Below are positions 63,390 through 64,000 of a stretch of 64,000 nucleotides of DNA, piece by piece. The position numbers and the translations under genes were made by a program. Below the pieces are notes generated by a model. That model had not been told where the DNA came from, searched no databases, and saw nothing but the letters and a program-made list of their open reading frames with translations. The stretch comes from Moniliella sp. 'wahieum' (lineage: Eukaryota): assembly GCA_003971905.1 (NCBI GenBank), contig RSEE01000138.1, positions 1 through 64,000 on the forward strand, read 5' to 3'. How positions within the stretch are numbered: position 1 is the first letter of the stretch; the number at the start of each line of letters is the position of its first letter.

Positions 63390-63970
63390 GGCGGAGCGCG
63401 CGCGGAGCAGCACACCAGTTCGCAGCATCCACCCACGAGAGTCGGGCGCGAGTGCGGCGATGGCGGTGGCCGCCGGGGGGTTCGCCGCGCCGTCGACCTG
63501 GGTGCGCGTTGCACCGATTGGGCACCATGAAAGTTGCATGTTGCACCGACGGCGGCTGGTCCGTGCGCTGTGACGAGCCGCCTGAAATTTGCATCCGCGC
63601 TGAATTCTCTCTCGCTCCACTTTGGGTGTGCTGGGCGGCGCACATCAGGCCATGGCGGGGGCGTCGGCGGGTAGTGTTCTAGCACAGACCATCCTTGCTG
63701 CGGGGCTCGCAGGGCGCTGAGCGCGTGTCCGTGTTAGCGCCGGCGAGGCGTCCTTGTTCACGCGTTCACGGTACCTTAACGCCGGCCTACGATCGAAGCT
63801 ACGACGCTGAGACTCGCCCGAGCGCACCGCAGCAGTCCAGTCTCCCGTCCCACGGCCTCCTTGGCCCAACCAGGGGCTTTGGCCCCAGCATGCTCACTTT
63901 AACGGGGAGGCTTTGCCGCTCCCCCAGCCCACCACCATCTCTTCCATCTCTGCACCCCTCCCCCTCGCCC

Positions 63971-64000
63971 ATGGTATCCCCCGCGTGATTGTTGCTGGCG
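63971..64000 (+). CDS. Possible start of an FAD-binding oxidoreductase, truncated by the window end
   Basis: With one C restored in the C-run, the sequence reads MVSPRVIVAG, like the start of a Rossmann GxGxxG strand. Too short to confirm. Confidence 0.25.

Noticed and set aside
1..64000. Hundreds of overlapping ORFs in the six-frame track
   Set aside because: Mostly shadows of GC-rich coding DNA and microsatellites, or exon and frameshift fragments of the genes listed.
1..64000. tRNA, rRNA or snRNA genes; secondary-metabolite or mating-type cluster
   Set aside because: No hallmark sequences seen by eye and the genes are functionally unrelated. tRNAscan-SE and Infernal were not run.

Overview
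GC-rich, microsatellite-dense eukaryotic DNA. Gene content and GTACGT splice donors point to a basidiomycete yeast of the Ustilaginomycotina (inference). The window opens with 2.5 TAACCC units, a possible telomere. These run straight into a ~6 kb multi-intron gene encoding an unrecognised protein with about five tandem copies of one domain. Next come an STL1-like sugar porter with an 8-nt micro-exon and a lower-GC island holding two inverted ~153-bp solo-LTR-like elements. The rest holds an Mtr-like amino-acid transporter, CDC12 septin, DOA4-like deubiquitinase, REG1-like gene, Rad5-like SNF2/RING helicase, a hidden 78-aa lipid-anchor microprotein, a secreted protein, ERV41, NBP35, a two-RRM protein, an FCY2-like permease, an Ish1-like protein and FPGS. 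Nearly every gene carries small indels, most likely unpolished long-read errors, so gene ends are approximate. The most notable signals are the tandem-domain gene, introns with very distant branch points, and a shared set of stuttered palindromic motifs across the long intergenic regions.
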